Of a stretch of DNA of 32,000 nt, positions 22,343 to 30,198 are shown one piece after another. The translations under genes and the position numbers were made by a program. This DNA is from Candidatus Iainarchaeum sp. GTDB lineage: Archaea > Iainarchaeota > Iainarchaeia > Iainarchaeales > JAZDEL01. How positions within the stretch are numbered: position 1 is the first letter of the stretch; the number at the start of each line of letters is the position of its first letter. The DNA is taken from contig JAZDEL010000003.1 in assembly GCA_043808785.1 (NCBI GenBank), positions 30,001 to 62,000 of the forward strand, written 5' to 3'. The notes under the pieces were generated by a model. That model was not told the DNA's origin. It worked only from the letters and a program-made list of their open reading frames with translations, and did not search any database.

Positions 22343-23059
22343 TCACTTCCCCTTGCCGCCCTCCTTCTTGTCCGCGCCTCCGCCCGCTGCGGCCTTTGTA
22401 ACGTCCTTCTTTACAACGCCTACCGCGCCGCCCTTTCCGCGGTGCGTGCTCTTCGTCTTCTGCCCCCTGACAGGCAGGCCCCACATAAGCCTAAGGCCCC
22501 TGTATGATTTTATCTCGCTGAGCCTCTGCAAATCCTTCCTGAGTGAAAACTGCAAATCGTTCTCCACAAGGTGAACCGACTCTCCGCTTTCAAAATCATT
22601 CCTCCTGTTGAGGATCCATGAAGGCAGGCCGTGCTTTTCCGGATGCATTATAAGTTCCTCTATTTCCTTCTCCTTTCCCTCGGGGATTTCCCCGAGCCTT
22701 GAATCAGCGCCAATCCCCGTCTCCGCCTCGAAAACCCTTGCAAACGCGTCCGCGGTGCGGGTGCTTATTCCCTTGATGCCCGTGAGCGCGCGCCTTATGG
22801 GCTTGCTTCCGTTCAGGTCGCGGTTCGCAATCCTGACAATATACCTTATGTCCTTGCCGTCCTTTGGCTGCGCCATGAATTTTCCGAAATCGTGCCTCGG
22901 GTCTCTTGCGCGTTCCTTTCCCCCCGCGCCCTTCTGCGCGTCGTGCCCCGCGCCTTTCCTTGCACCATCCTGCCAGCCGCCCTTCTTATCCTGGCCCTGC
23001 TTGGGCGTGCCGCCCTTCTGCTTTCCCGCTTCATCCTTTCCTTCGCGCATAAAAACCAT
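22343..23059 (-). CDS. rps13: 30S ribosomal protein S13 (uS13), possibly with a Lys/Gly/Gln-rich N-terminal extension
   Basis: IRYIVRIANRDLNGSKPIRRALTGIKGIS...SYRGLRLMWGLPVRGQKTKS matches uS13. The start is ambiguous: 23059/23050 (long form) or 22876 (MAQPKDGKDIRYIV, canonical length). Confidence 0.85.
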   Translation of the reverse strand: MVFMREGKDEAGKQKGGTPKQGQDKKGGWQDGARKGAGHDAQKGAGGKERARDPRHDFGKFMAQPKDGKDIRYIVRIANRDLNGSKPIRRALTGIKGISTRTADAFARVFEAETGIGADSRLGEIPEGKEKEIEELIMHPEKHGLPSWILNRRNDFESGESVHLVENDLQFSLRKDLQRLSEIKSYRGLRLMWGLPVRGQKTKSTHRGKGGAVGVVKKDVTKAAAGGGADKKEGGKGK

Positions 23060-23086
23060 CACTCACTTGCCCTTCTGCCCCGGCAT

Positions 23087-23317
23087 TCACTCCAGCGCTT
23101 TCACAATCTCCTCGTGCTTCGCCCCTTTTGAAACCTCGATCATGTCGTTCGTCGGCATGAGGTGCCTTATGTTGCACCTGCGCCTTTTCACTCCCTTCCC
23201 GTCTATTGTAACGAACTCCTTTTCCTTTCCCGCGCCTGCCTCGACAATAACAACCTTTGCCCCCGCTTCCCTTCCGCGGGTTTTTATGCAAACCCTCCCC
23301 ACTTCCATTGCGGGCAT
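23087..23317 (-). CDS. rpl14e: 50S ribosomal protein L14e (eL14)
   Basis: 76 aa. The KOW-like MEVGRVCIKTRGREAGAKVVIV...KRRRCNIRHL matches L14e. Its ATG overlaps the rpl34e stop (TAATG). Confidence 0.85.
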   Translation of the reverse strand: MPAMEVGRVCIKTRGREAGAKVVIVEAGAGKEKEFVTIDGKGVKRRRCNIRHLMPTNDMIEVSKGAKHEEIVKALE

Positions 23318-23655
23318 TACTTACCCCCCCCGATTGAAGAGGTTACAAAACCGCGGAGTTTAACCCCCACAGCCTCGACCTTCTTAATCCCGCACTGCAC
23401 CATTGTGCCCTCCTCGAAAACAAGCACCCTGCATTTCGTGCAGAGCACCCCCCCGAAAGGAACGCTGGGCCTGCGCCCGCTTTTTGAAAGTTTCTTTGTT
23501 GCGCACTTGCCCTTTCCGTGCGGAACACCGTGCAGCACCGAGCCGCACGCAGCGCAGCAGTGCTTCCCCGACTTTCCAGTGAAGTACTTTATGCGCTTCC
23601 CGCCCGGTGCGCGGAAGAACTTCCTTTCCCTTCCCCTCTCCGCGCGCGTGGGCAT
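23317..23655 (-). CDS. rpl34e: 50S ribosomal protein L34e (eL34)
   Basis: RAPGGKRIKYFTGKSGKHCCAACGSVLHGV...GRRPSVPFGGVLCTKC is the L34e zinc-ribbon pattern. Confidence 0.85.
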   Translation of the reverse strand: MPTRAERGRERKFFRAPGGKRIKYFTGKSGKHCCAACGSVLHGVPHGKGKCATKKLSKSGRRPSVPFGGVLCTKCRVLVFEEGTMVQCGIKKVEAVGVKLRGFVTSSIGGGK

Positions 23656-24134
23656 TACTTCACCTCCCTTGATTTTTTATAAATCCCCATCAATGAACTG
23701 AACACAAGGCTGAAAACAAGCGAGCAAAGTATATACCATCCAAGCCAGTTGGTTTCATTGTAAAGCATTATGAAACTCGTGCCCCCAAACCAGGGCACCG
23801 GCACAGGCAGGTTTATTGTCGCGCTCGAATATGCCGCGCCTATGAGCATAAACGCGGGAAGGAAAATAACCATGCTTATCACCATAACCTTCATGCTCCC
23901 GCCCATCATCTTGCTCATGCCTTCCATCATTTCCTTCTCGAGCCTTTCGAGCTCGGCCTTTGCCGAGCCGTCATTGCGCTTCACAAGTTCCTGCATCCTC
24001 TTCTGCCTTGCCTTCATTTCCTTCTGCGCCGCCAGCATCTCGTCGCGCCTGCCGAACTTAAGCTGGATGAACTGCGATACTATCGCAAGCAAAGCCGAAA
24101 TGGCGACAATGTCTATCTGTGGGTTCACGAACAT
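23655..24134 (-). CDS. DUF106 / EMC3-TMCO1-like membrane protein (archaeal Oxa1/YidC-superfamily insertase candidate)
   Basis: 159 aa: TM helix, charged coiled-coil (EMLAAQKEMKARQKRMQELVKR...), Met-rich segment, two further TM helices. It occupies the usual position between secY and rpl34e. ATG at 24134; the track start is GTG. Confidence 0.7.
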   Translation of the reverse strand: MFVNPQIDIVAISALLAIVSQFIQLKFGRRDEMLAAQKEMKARQKRMQELVKRNDGSAKAELERLEKEMMEGMSKMMGGSMKVMVISMVIFLPAFMLIGAAYSSATINLPVPVPWFGGTSFIMLYNETNWLGWYILCSLVFSLVFSSLMGIYKKSREVK

Positions 24135-24194
24135 GCTTATCACTCAAAATGCCTCAAAAAGCGGAATTTGGGGGATTTCCGCACTTTTTCTGCA

Positions 24195-24203
24195 CTTATA
24201 AAC
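24195..24203 (-). promoter_or_regulatory. Candidate TATA box (GTTTATAAG) for the DUF106-L34e-L14e unit
   Basis: Lies about 65 nt upstream of ATG 24134, inside the 230-nt secY-DUF106 spacer. Confidence 0.3.
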
Positions 24204-24252
24204 TTCCCCAGCAATAACCTTATTAAGGTTCATTTTGCGCCATTCCGTAGGC

Positions 24253-24338
24253 GCGCGAATTGGCTGCTGCCAATTGCGCCCGTTTTGGCCGCCCCAAAAC
24301 AGGGCAATCCGGAATATGTGGGCTGTTTTCAACAGCCC
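24253..24338 (-). terminator. Three consecutive stable hairpins directly downstream of secY
   Basis: 24320-24338: GGGCTGTT/AACAGCCC. 24283-24299: TTTTGG/CCAAAA. 24253-24279: an 11-bp stem GCGC(G)AATTGGC/GCCAATTGCGC. A further hairpin plus U5 lies at 24156-24182. Confidence 0.4.
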
Positions 24339-24373
24339 GGTAATATTTTGTGTCAAATTTCCCGCCATTGCAT

Positions 24374-25819
24374 TCACCCAAACAACTTGCCCAGCATGGG
24401 GTGCATATCCATAAGCTGCGCCCTTGCAAGTTCCTCATAAAGCCTGTAAACAATCCCCACTGTCAGAAGTATTCCAGTTCCCGAGCCCAATGCGCCAGTG
24501 AGGTCCGCGAACCCCGCAAGCAGGGCAACGAACGCGGAACCAAGAACACTTATCGGCGGTATGTACCTGTCGAGCACGCCCCTCACAATGCGCGGGTCGC
24601 GCCTGAACCCGGGGATATGCATGCCCGCCCTGTTCAGCTGGTTAGCAACAGCCTCGGAACCCTGGCCGCCCATCTCAACCCAGAACTTTCCGAACACAAC
24701 ACAGACAATAACAAGGATTATTATGTAAAGGAACGCGTGGATCAGGCTGCCGCCGATTCCTATGAAACTCAATGACACAATGCTCTGCGCCATTTCCCCG
24801 ATTGTTGTCCCCGCGAATCCGATAATTCCCGAAAACCCGGCGCCAAGCGCGCTTCCGAACTGTATTATTATATTCTCGACGAGGCTGTAAGGCGGAATCA
24901 CGATAGTCCCTATCTTATCCAGCACCGCGCCTACGATCGGCAAATCCTTGCCCAATGTCGCCCACATCCTCACGTTTGCGAAAAGTGCGACGGCAAGTAT
25001 CACGGGAATGTTCGAAACATAAAGGAACTTGACCGGGAACCTGCCCCCTGTTCCGCGCCTGCCCATTGTTATCGGTATATTGACATGCATGCCTTCCGCA
25101 AAAACAACCACAAAGAAAACCACGAGAGTGAAGAAAACAGGGAGCAGGTAAATCATCGCATTAAGGAGGTTCTGCGTAACCTCGCTCATGAACAGCCAGA
25201 GCAGGCCCTGCCCGCCGAAAAACACGAGTTCCTGCGCTATATTGAACGGGTTGAACATGCGCCAGATCACGACTTCTGAAACCCCGCCCGCGATGAACAG
25301 CCCTATTCCCGAGCCTATGCCGTACTTGCTCACGACCTCATCCATGTACATGAGCACTATTGCCCCGAGCGCAACCTGAAGTATCACGAATGGCAGCATC
25401 CCCGCCTCCGCGCTCAGGAAGCCGCTCATAACGTAAACGCCCGCCTCGAAGAAGCAGAGCACTATTGCGAACAGTTTCTGCAGTGCGGTGAACCTTGCCT
25501 TGTCCTTCGGCTGCGAGAGGTCGATATTGAGTATTTTTCCCCCGACAAGCAATTGCAGTATGATCGAGGCAAGCACAATCGGGCCTATCCCTACTGTGAG
25601 TATCGTGCCTATCTTGCTTGCAAGTATTACCTGCAATTGTTCGAGCTGCCCCGCGGATGAGGCGTTAAGCCCTATTACCGCAATGTTCCCCATTATGAAG
25701 AACAGCATCAGCACAGCGCCGGTCCAGATAAGCCTGCGCTGCAAGGTAGGCTTTGTCTCCGGTACTTTCACTTCCGGAAGCAGTTTGTAGACGGGCTCGA
25801 AAATGTCAAGGACATTCAT
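24374..25819 (-). CDS. secY: Preprotein translocase subunit SecY
   Basis: 481 aa with ~10 TM segments. The N-terminus (LPEVKVPETKPTLQRRLIWTGAVLMLFFIMGNI) and overall pattern match archaeal SecY/Sec61-alpha. Its ATG overlaps the rpl15 stop (ATGA). Confidence 0.95.
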   Translation of the reverse strand: MNVLDIFEPVYKLLPEVKVPETKPTLQRRLIWTGAVLMLFFIMGNIAVIGLNASSAGQLEQLQVILASKIGTILTVGIGPIVLASIILQLLVGGKILNIDLSQPKDKARFTALQKLFAIVLCFFEAGVYVMSGFLSAEAGMLPFVILQVALGAIVLMYMDEVVSKYGIGSGIGLFIAGGVSEVVIWRMFNPFNIAQELVFFGGQGLLWLFMSEVTQNLLNAMIYLLPVFFTLVVFFVVVFAEGMHVNIPITMGRRGTGGRFPVKFLYVSNIPVILAVALFANVRMWATLGKDLPIVGAVLDKIGTIVIPPYSLVENIIIQFGSALGAGFSGIIGFAGTTIGEMAQSIVSLSFIGIGGSLIHAFLYIIILVIVCVVFGKFWVEMGGQGSEAVANQLNRAGMHIPGFRRDPRIVRGVLDRYIPPISVLGSAFVALLAGFADLTGALGSGTGILLTVGIVYRLYEELARAQLMDMHPMLGKLFG

Positions 25820-26352
25820 TCCTCTTCAGCCCCCGCATCCGTGCCCGCGGCGCTTGCCCCGTCTCCCGATTCCTCGGCCTCGAAATCATCATCTTCCGTG
25901 CTTCCCTTAGCGGATGTTTCGCCCGCCTCTCCTTCGGTGCCCTCTATCTTCCCCCCCGCCTTTTCGATCGCCTCGATTGCGCCCGCGCTCGCGGAAAGGT
26001 TCCTGAGCAATATCTTATCCTTCACCTTTCCCCTGCCGAGGATTTTCGCAATCCCCTGCTCCTTCCCGTCTATGACCACAAGCCCGCCTTCCCTGCGCAG
26101 GGTTTTTTTTGCGTTCATTTCCGCGATAATTTTCTCGAGTTCGGAAACATTAACCGCCTTGCCCCCCTTCTTCGCCTTGAGTATTCTCTTTGTGCCGTAA
26201 ACAAGGTAGAACTTGCTGAACTTGTGCTTGTGCGAGCCCGCGTTTCCTCTCCCCCCTCTGCACCCCGCGCCGCGCCTGTTCTTCTTGTTCCCGCCGCCGT
26301 GGTGCCTCTGCCCGCGCGCCTTGATTTTCTTCCTGCCTCTCCTTACAACCAT
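25816..26352 (-). CDS. rpl15: 50S ribosomal protein L15 (uL15) with acidic C-terminal tail
   Basis: MVVRRGRKKIKARGQRHHGGGNKKNRRGAGCRGGRGNAGSHKHK matches the uL15 N-terminus. The last ~45 aa are E/D/G/A-rich. ATG at 26352; the track start at 26382 is TTG. Confidence 0.9.
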   Translation of the reverse strand: MVVRRGRKKIKARGQRHHGGGNKKNRRGAGCRGGRGNAGSHKHKFSKFYLVYGTKRILKAKKGGKAVNVSELEKIIAEMNAKKTLRREGGLVVIDGKEQGIAKILGRGKVKDKILLRNLSASAGAIEAIEKAGGKIEGTEGEAGETSAKGSTEDDDFEAEESGDGASAAGTDAGAEEE

Positions 26353-26395
26353 TTCAACACCAGCCCTTTCAGCAAAATCCAAACATGCAAAACGA

Positions 26396-26857
26396 TTAAG
26401 CCATTTTCACTATCAGTTTATTTATTTCTTTTCCCCTGTATCCTAGCACGCCCCCCTCGGCGTAGCCCTTCTTTATCCCCGCCCTTTCGAAGCCCTTGCT
26501 TGGCGGGTTAAGCCTGAACACCGGTTTTATCCCGAAATCCGCAAGCTTCTTTTTCCCAGAGAGCACAAGTTTTGCGATTTCCTCCGCGCCCTTAACCTTG
26601 TGCTTTGCGTAAAATGCGGAGTCAAGCCTCTTATTCCCCACAACGCGCCCGCGTTTCGCTATCACGTGCGCAAGTGCAGCCTCGCCGATTTCGCCGTATG
26701 TCAGGTAATCCCTTGACTTCTTAATCATGCCTTTTGCCGTGCCGTTCTCGGGCAGGAGCACCATATGGTTTGCCCTGTGCAGCCTGAGCAGTTCGAGCGT
26801 GTCCCTGATTTCCCACTTCACGTCGACCTCTCCCCTGACCCTTATTGCAGCATACAT
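26396..26857 (-). CDS. rpl30: 50S ribosomal protein L30 (uL30)
   Basis: MYAAIRVRGEVDVKWEIRDTLELLRLHRANHMVL matches archaeal uL30. ATG at 26857 follows GGTGTGAT. Alternative starts: 26863 and 26866. Confidence 0.9.
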   Translation of the reverse strand: MYAAIRVRGEVDVKWEIRDTLELLRLHRANHMVLLPENGTAKGMIKKSRDYLTYGEIGEAALAHVIAKRGRVVGNKRLDSAFYAKHKVKGAEEIAKLVLSGKKKLADFGIKPVFRLNPPSKGFERAGIKKGYAEGGVLGYRGKEINKLIVKMA

Positions 26858-26884
26858 CGTCATCACACCCTTTTGGTTAACAAT

Positions 26885-27616
26885 TCAGCGCTTCTCCTCT
26901 GTAGCAATTCCCTTCATCCTCGTTGTCTGCGCAAGCGCGTCAATCGCCGCGGCAACGAAATCCAGCGTGCTCATCGTGTTGCCCTTTGTCTTCGACCACA
27001 CGTCGCGCAATCCCGCAAACCTAAGCACGTCCTTTATGTTGTCCCCGACAACAAGCCCTGTTCCGCTGGGCGCGGGGAGGAGCAAAACCCTCACGCTCGA
27101 GGATTTGCCCTCCACTGTGAAAGGGACCGAATGTGCCGTGCCGCAGGTGCATTCCCACGAGCCGCAGCCGCGCCTTACCTGTACCATCGCAAGCTTCGCC
27201 TTTCTTGTAGCTTTCCTCACCGCTGGCCAGCGTTCCTTATCCGTGGCCATGCCCAAACCTATGTGCCCGTTCCCGTCCCCGACAAGGACAGAAACCCTGA
27301 ACCTGAACATGCGCCCCGCGCGCCTGACCTTTGCAGTCTTCTTGAAATCGACCATTTTCTCCTGCAGGTCGGGCACAAGGTAATCTATAATCTCGGGCTC
27401 CATAACATGTGCGTTCTGCTCGAACAGCTGCGCAAGCGATGCAACCTCGCCCTTCTGCACCCTCCTGCCGAGGTCGGTTTTCGCAACCCAGCCCTCAAGT
27501 TCCTTGCGCTTCTGCTCCTCCGCATTGAACCTCGACTCTGCGCCGTCCCTGCCTCTCCTCGGGCCGCCTCTAGGCGCGCCCATACCCATTCTGCCCCCTA
27601 ATTTAACACCCATCAT
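26885..27616 (-). CDS. rps5: 30S ribosomal protein S5 (uS5)
   Basis: WVAKTDLGRRVQKGEV...RFRVSVLVGDGNGHIGLGMA...GTGLVVGDNIKDVLRFAGLRDVWSKTKG matches uS5. Its ATG overlaps the rpl18 stop. Confidence 0.95.
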   Translation of the reverse strand: MMGVKLGGRMGMGAPRGGPRRGRDGAESRFNAEEQKRKELEGWVAKTDLGRRVQKGEVASLAQLFEQNAHVMEPEIIDYLVPDLQEKMVDFKKTAKVRRAGRMFRFRVSVLVGDGNGHIGLGMATDKERWPAVRKATRKAKLAMVQVRRGCGSWECTCGTAHSVPFTVEGKSSSVRVLLLPAPSGTGLVVGDNIKDVLRFAGLRDVWSKTKGNTMSTLDFVAAAIDALAQTTRMKGIATEEKR

Positions 27617-28125
27617 TTACCACCATATTTTTTTTCTATCGCATCCTTAACCGCAATGAACTGCTTTGCCGCGTCCTCCGAAATATGCTTCCCCGAAAAC
27701 CTGTCTGCCGAAGGGAAAACCTTTTCGTCGCACTTTATTTTCATCCCCGAATCTACCGCCCCCTTGAGCGCCGCAAACACCCTCGAGCCGTGCACCGGCG
27801 TGCTCAGCCCTATATCAAGTATCGCCTCCGCGGGCCCCTTTTTTCCGGCCTTTTTGCAGCAGAGGAACGCGGCAAGATATGCGGCAGGCAAATTGCCGCA
27901 GTGCATCTTCCAGCCGAACTCCTTCAATTCGCGGGAGTTTGCCGCGGAAACCATAACATCGCCCTTCTCCTCAAACCTCACAATCTGCACAATAGTGCTG
28001 TTGTTGGATTTCCTCACAACAAGCCTGTGCTTCCCCGACTTGAGCTGCGCAAGCCTCTTCGTGTAATCCGTCTTCTCCTCCCTTCTCCTCCTGAATGCCG
28101 GCTCGTATGTGGAAGTGTGGCTCAT
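27613..28125 (-). CDS. rpl18: 50S ribosomal protein L18 (uL18)
   Basis: FRRRREEKTDYTKRLAQLKSGKHRLVVRKSNNSTIVQIV matches archaeal uL18/L5e. 4-nt overlap with rpl19e. Confidence 0.95.
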   Translation of the reverse strand: MSHTSTYEPAFRRRREEKTDYTKRLAQLKSGKHRLVVRKSNNSTIVQIVRFEEKGDVMVSAANSRELKEFGWKMHCGNLPAAYLAAFLCCKKAGKKGPAEAILDIGLSTPVHGSRVFAALKGAVDSGMKIKCDEKVFPSADRFSGKHISEDAAKQFIAVKDAIEKKYGGK

Positions 28126-28562
28126 TTTCCGCCCCCCCTTACATATGCCTCAAGGTATTTCTTTCCCCTGAAATAATTTCCCTTAACCATCTTGTACACC
28201 GTGCTGTAGGGCTTCTCCATTTTTACCCCGCCCTTCTTCAGTTCCGCAAGCATCTTCCTCTGCGCCCTTACGTTCCTTACCCACACGGACTTGCTCTGCA
28301 TTCTCGCCTTCTTCGTCCCTGCCCTCTTTCCGTAGCCGCGCTTCCTGCCCTTCTTCCTTTTGGTGTGCATTGCCTTTGCCCTGCCCCTGCTCATGCCGAT
28401 GAGCCTTTTCTTTTTTATAAGCCCGTCGGCAATCAGCGCCCTTACGTCCTCCTTTGTCATGCACTCCGCAATCTTAACGCTCTCCGCGGGGTTGAACCGC
28501 ACCCGCGTTTCCCCGACTTTAAGTATGCGTGCTGCAAGCCTTCTTACCTTGTACAGTTCCAT
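28122..28562 (-). CDS. rpl19e: 50S ribosomal protein L19e (eL19)
   Basis: VRRLAARILKVGETRVRFNP...RGRAKAMHTKRKKGRKRGYGKRAGTKKAR matches L19e. Confidence 0.95.
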   Translation of the reverse strand: MELYKVRRLAARILKVGETRVRFNPAESVKIAECMTKEDVRALIADGLIKKKRLIGMSRGRAKAMHTKRKKGRKRGYGKRAGTKKARMQSKSVWVRNVRAQRKMLAELKKGGVKMEKPYSTVYKMVKGNYFRGKKYLEAYVRGGGK

Positions 28563-28664
28563 AACATCACAACCTTCAACAACTTTTCAAACAACAAACA
28601 AACCCCGCAAACCGTCGTTCGCGTTTTTTGGTTTTTTCTTTTTTTGTTTTTTCAGCCTTCGGTT

Positions 28665-29453
28665 TCAGGGGTTAACAATTCTCAAACCGAGTTTCTGCGC
28701 CTCCTCGAGCATCATCCTTTTCTTTTTCCTGCCGATTTTCCCCGCAATCCTCACCGCCTTGTCCCTCCCCGCGGCCTTTATTTCCGCAAGGTTCCCCACA
28801 AGGACTTCCATATACCCCGAGGGGTGCATATGCCTTATTTTCACGGGCGTCCTGTAACCCGGCTGGGGCAGCATTCCGTCCTCCTGCCTGCAGTGCATGT
28901 CTATGCCGCGGGGCGCGCGCCACCTGTTCCACTTCGCCTTGCTCGGAACCCTGAGCCAGCGCTTGCCGAACCTTCCCCTGAATGCGGGCTTCCACTTTTC
29001 GCTTATCGCCTCCGCGTTCCTCTTCGCCTCCTCGCTCTTCGGCTGTTTCTTAATCTCAATCCTTCCGAATTTCTTCCTGCGTTCGGCGCGCCTTTTTTCG
29101 TTCTCCTCGCGCGTTTTTGCGGATTCCTTCCCCGCTGTTTTTTTCTTCTCCGCTTCAGCCGGCTTTTTCCCCGCTTCAGATGTTTTTTCCGCGGGCTTTC
29201 CGCCATCGGCCTTTTTCTCCGCCTGCTTTCCCGTGTGCGCATCCGCGGATTTTTTCTTCTCCGTTTCGGCGGGCTTTTTTTCAGCCACGGCGGGCTTCTT
29301 CTCTGCAGCGGTTTCCGCGCGCGTTTGCGCCCGCGCGTCACGCGTGCCGCTTGCAGCGGCACTAGCCTGCACTTCGGCTTCTTTGCCCGCGGGCTTGCCC
29401 TTCTTCCCTTCCGCGCCCTTGCCTAATTTTCTCCCGTAAACTTTTTCAGCCAT
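28665..29453 (-). CDS. rpl32e: 50S ribosomal protein L32e (eL32) with ~130-aa Lys/Ala/Glu-rich N-terminal extension
   Basis: The C-terminal ~130 aa (KPAFRGRFGKRWLRVPSKAKWNRWRAPRGIDMHCR...AGKIGRKKKRMMLEEAQKLGLRIVNP) are L32e. The N-terminal half is low complexity. ATG at 29453; the track start at 29459 is TTG. Confidence 0.9.
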   Translation of the reverse strand: MAEKVYGRKLGKGAEGKKGKPAGKEAEVQASAAASGTRDARAQTRAETAAEKKPAVAEKKPAETEKKKSADAHTGKQAEKKADGGKPAEKTSEAGKKPAEAEKKKTAGKESAKTREENEKRRAERRKKFGRIEIKKQPKSEEAKRNAEAISEKWKPAFRGRFGKRWLRVPSKAKWNRWRAPRGIDMHCRQEDGMLPQPGYRTPVKIRHMHPSGYMEVLVGNLAEIKAAGRDKAVRIAGKIGRKKKRMMLEEAQKLGLRIVNP

Positions 29454-29503
29454 AACCAAAGCCTTTTAACCTTCCTTTTCAGCCAAACCTTCAAAACCAT
29501 TTT

Positions 29504-29551
29504 CGTTTTTTATTTTTCCCCTTCCGCCAAAAACCGTTTTTTATTTTTCCC
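29504..29551 (-). repeat. Exact 17-nt direct repeat CGTTTTTTATTTTTCCC (29504-29520 and 29535-29551) upstream of rpl32e
   Basis: Read directly from the sequence. A looser third copy lies at about 29575-29600. The minus strand reads GGGAAAAATAAAAAACG. Confidence 0.6.
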
Positions 29552-29606
29552 TTCCCTTCCGCAAACCCCCAAACCCGTTTTTTTGTTTTTTTATTTTCCC
29601 GCCCTT

Positions 29607-30164
29607 TCACTTCCCCTTCACTATCAGCGTCTTCGGCTTCTGCACTATGTATATCCCGTCCTGGAAAATCCTTACGTCCTTGCCCTTCACCCTTGTCGCG
29701 CCCTCCAAATTTGCCGCGGTCTGCCCGGCAGCCTCCTTGTCGAACCCCCTGACCGTTATGTCCTTTCCCTTAATCTCCACCTTTGTCTGCCCCACTATTG
29801 CGGCTTTCCTCGGCTCCTTTGCCCCGGTGACATTGCTTATTTCAAGGTGGCTTCCCTTCAGCGTAACCGTCATGGGAAAGTGCGAATAAACAACCTCCAA
29901 CTTATACTCGAACCCGTGCTCCAGCCCGTGAACCATATTGCGTATGTGCGCGGCGATTGTGTTTGTTGTCGAGGCGTTTTTCTTTTTCGCGTCCGCGGCC
30001 CTCACGATTATCGCCTGCCCATCCATGACTATCTTCACGCTCCTCGCCCTGAATTTTTTCACGGCCTCGGTGCCGCCTTTTTTAATCTTCACAACGAGCC
30101 CGCTTACCTCCGCGGTTATTCCCGCGGGAAGCGCGATTTTTTTCTCGTTTATTTTCTTCGCCAT
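29607..30164 (-). CDS. rpl6: 50S ribosomal protein L6 (uL6)
   Basis: Two-domain uL6 pattern (IALPAGITAEVSG..., HIRNMVHGLEHGFEYKLEVVYSHFPMTV...). ATG at 30164; the track start at 30173 is TTG. Confidence 0.9.
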   Translation of the reverse strand: MAKKINEKKIALPAGITAEVSGLVVKIKKGGTEAVKKFRARSVKIVMDGQAIIVRAADAKKKNASTTNTIAAHIRNMVHGLEHGFEYKLEVVYSHFPMTVTLKGSHLEISNVTGAKEPRKAAIVGQTKVEIKGKDITVRGFDKEAAGQTAANLEGATRVKGKDVRIFQDGIYIVQKPKTLIVKGK

Positions 30165-30198
30165 AAAAACCAACCCAAAGGCAAGAAGCGCGCGGCAT

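Noticed and set aside
22877-23059. Treating the region upstream of the canonical S13 start as a 200-nt non-coding spacer.
   Set aside because: Not rejected outright. The region is in frame and its K/G/Q-rich sequence resembles the other extensions in this genome, so I kept the long form as the call and flagged the ambiguity.
24144-24377. 77-aa minus-strand ORF in the secY-DUF106 spacer as a real gene.
   Set aside because: It has a GTG start overlapping the secY stop, a W/Q/N-rich composition unlike neighbouring proteins, and no motif. The DNA is dominated by stable hairpins. It is kept only as an alternative under the spacer finding.
29504-29600. CRISPR-like reading of the T-rich direct repeats upstream of rpl32e.
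   Set aside because: There are only two exact 17-nt copies plus one loose copy, 14-nt low-complexity spacers and no cas genes. This is inconsistent with a CRISPR array.
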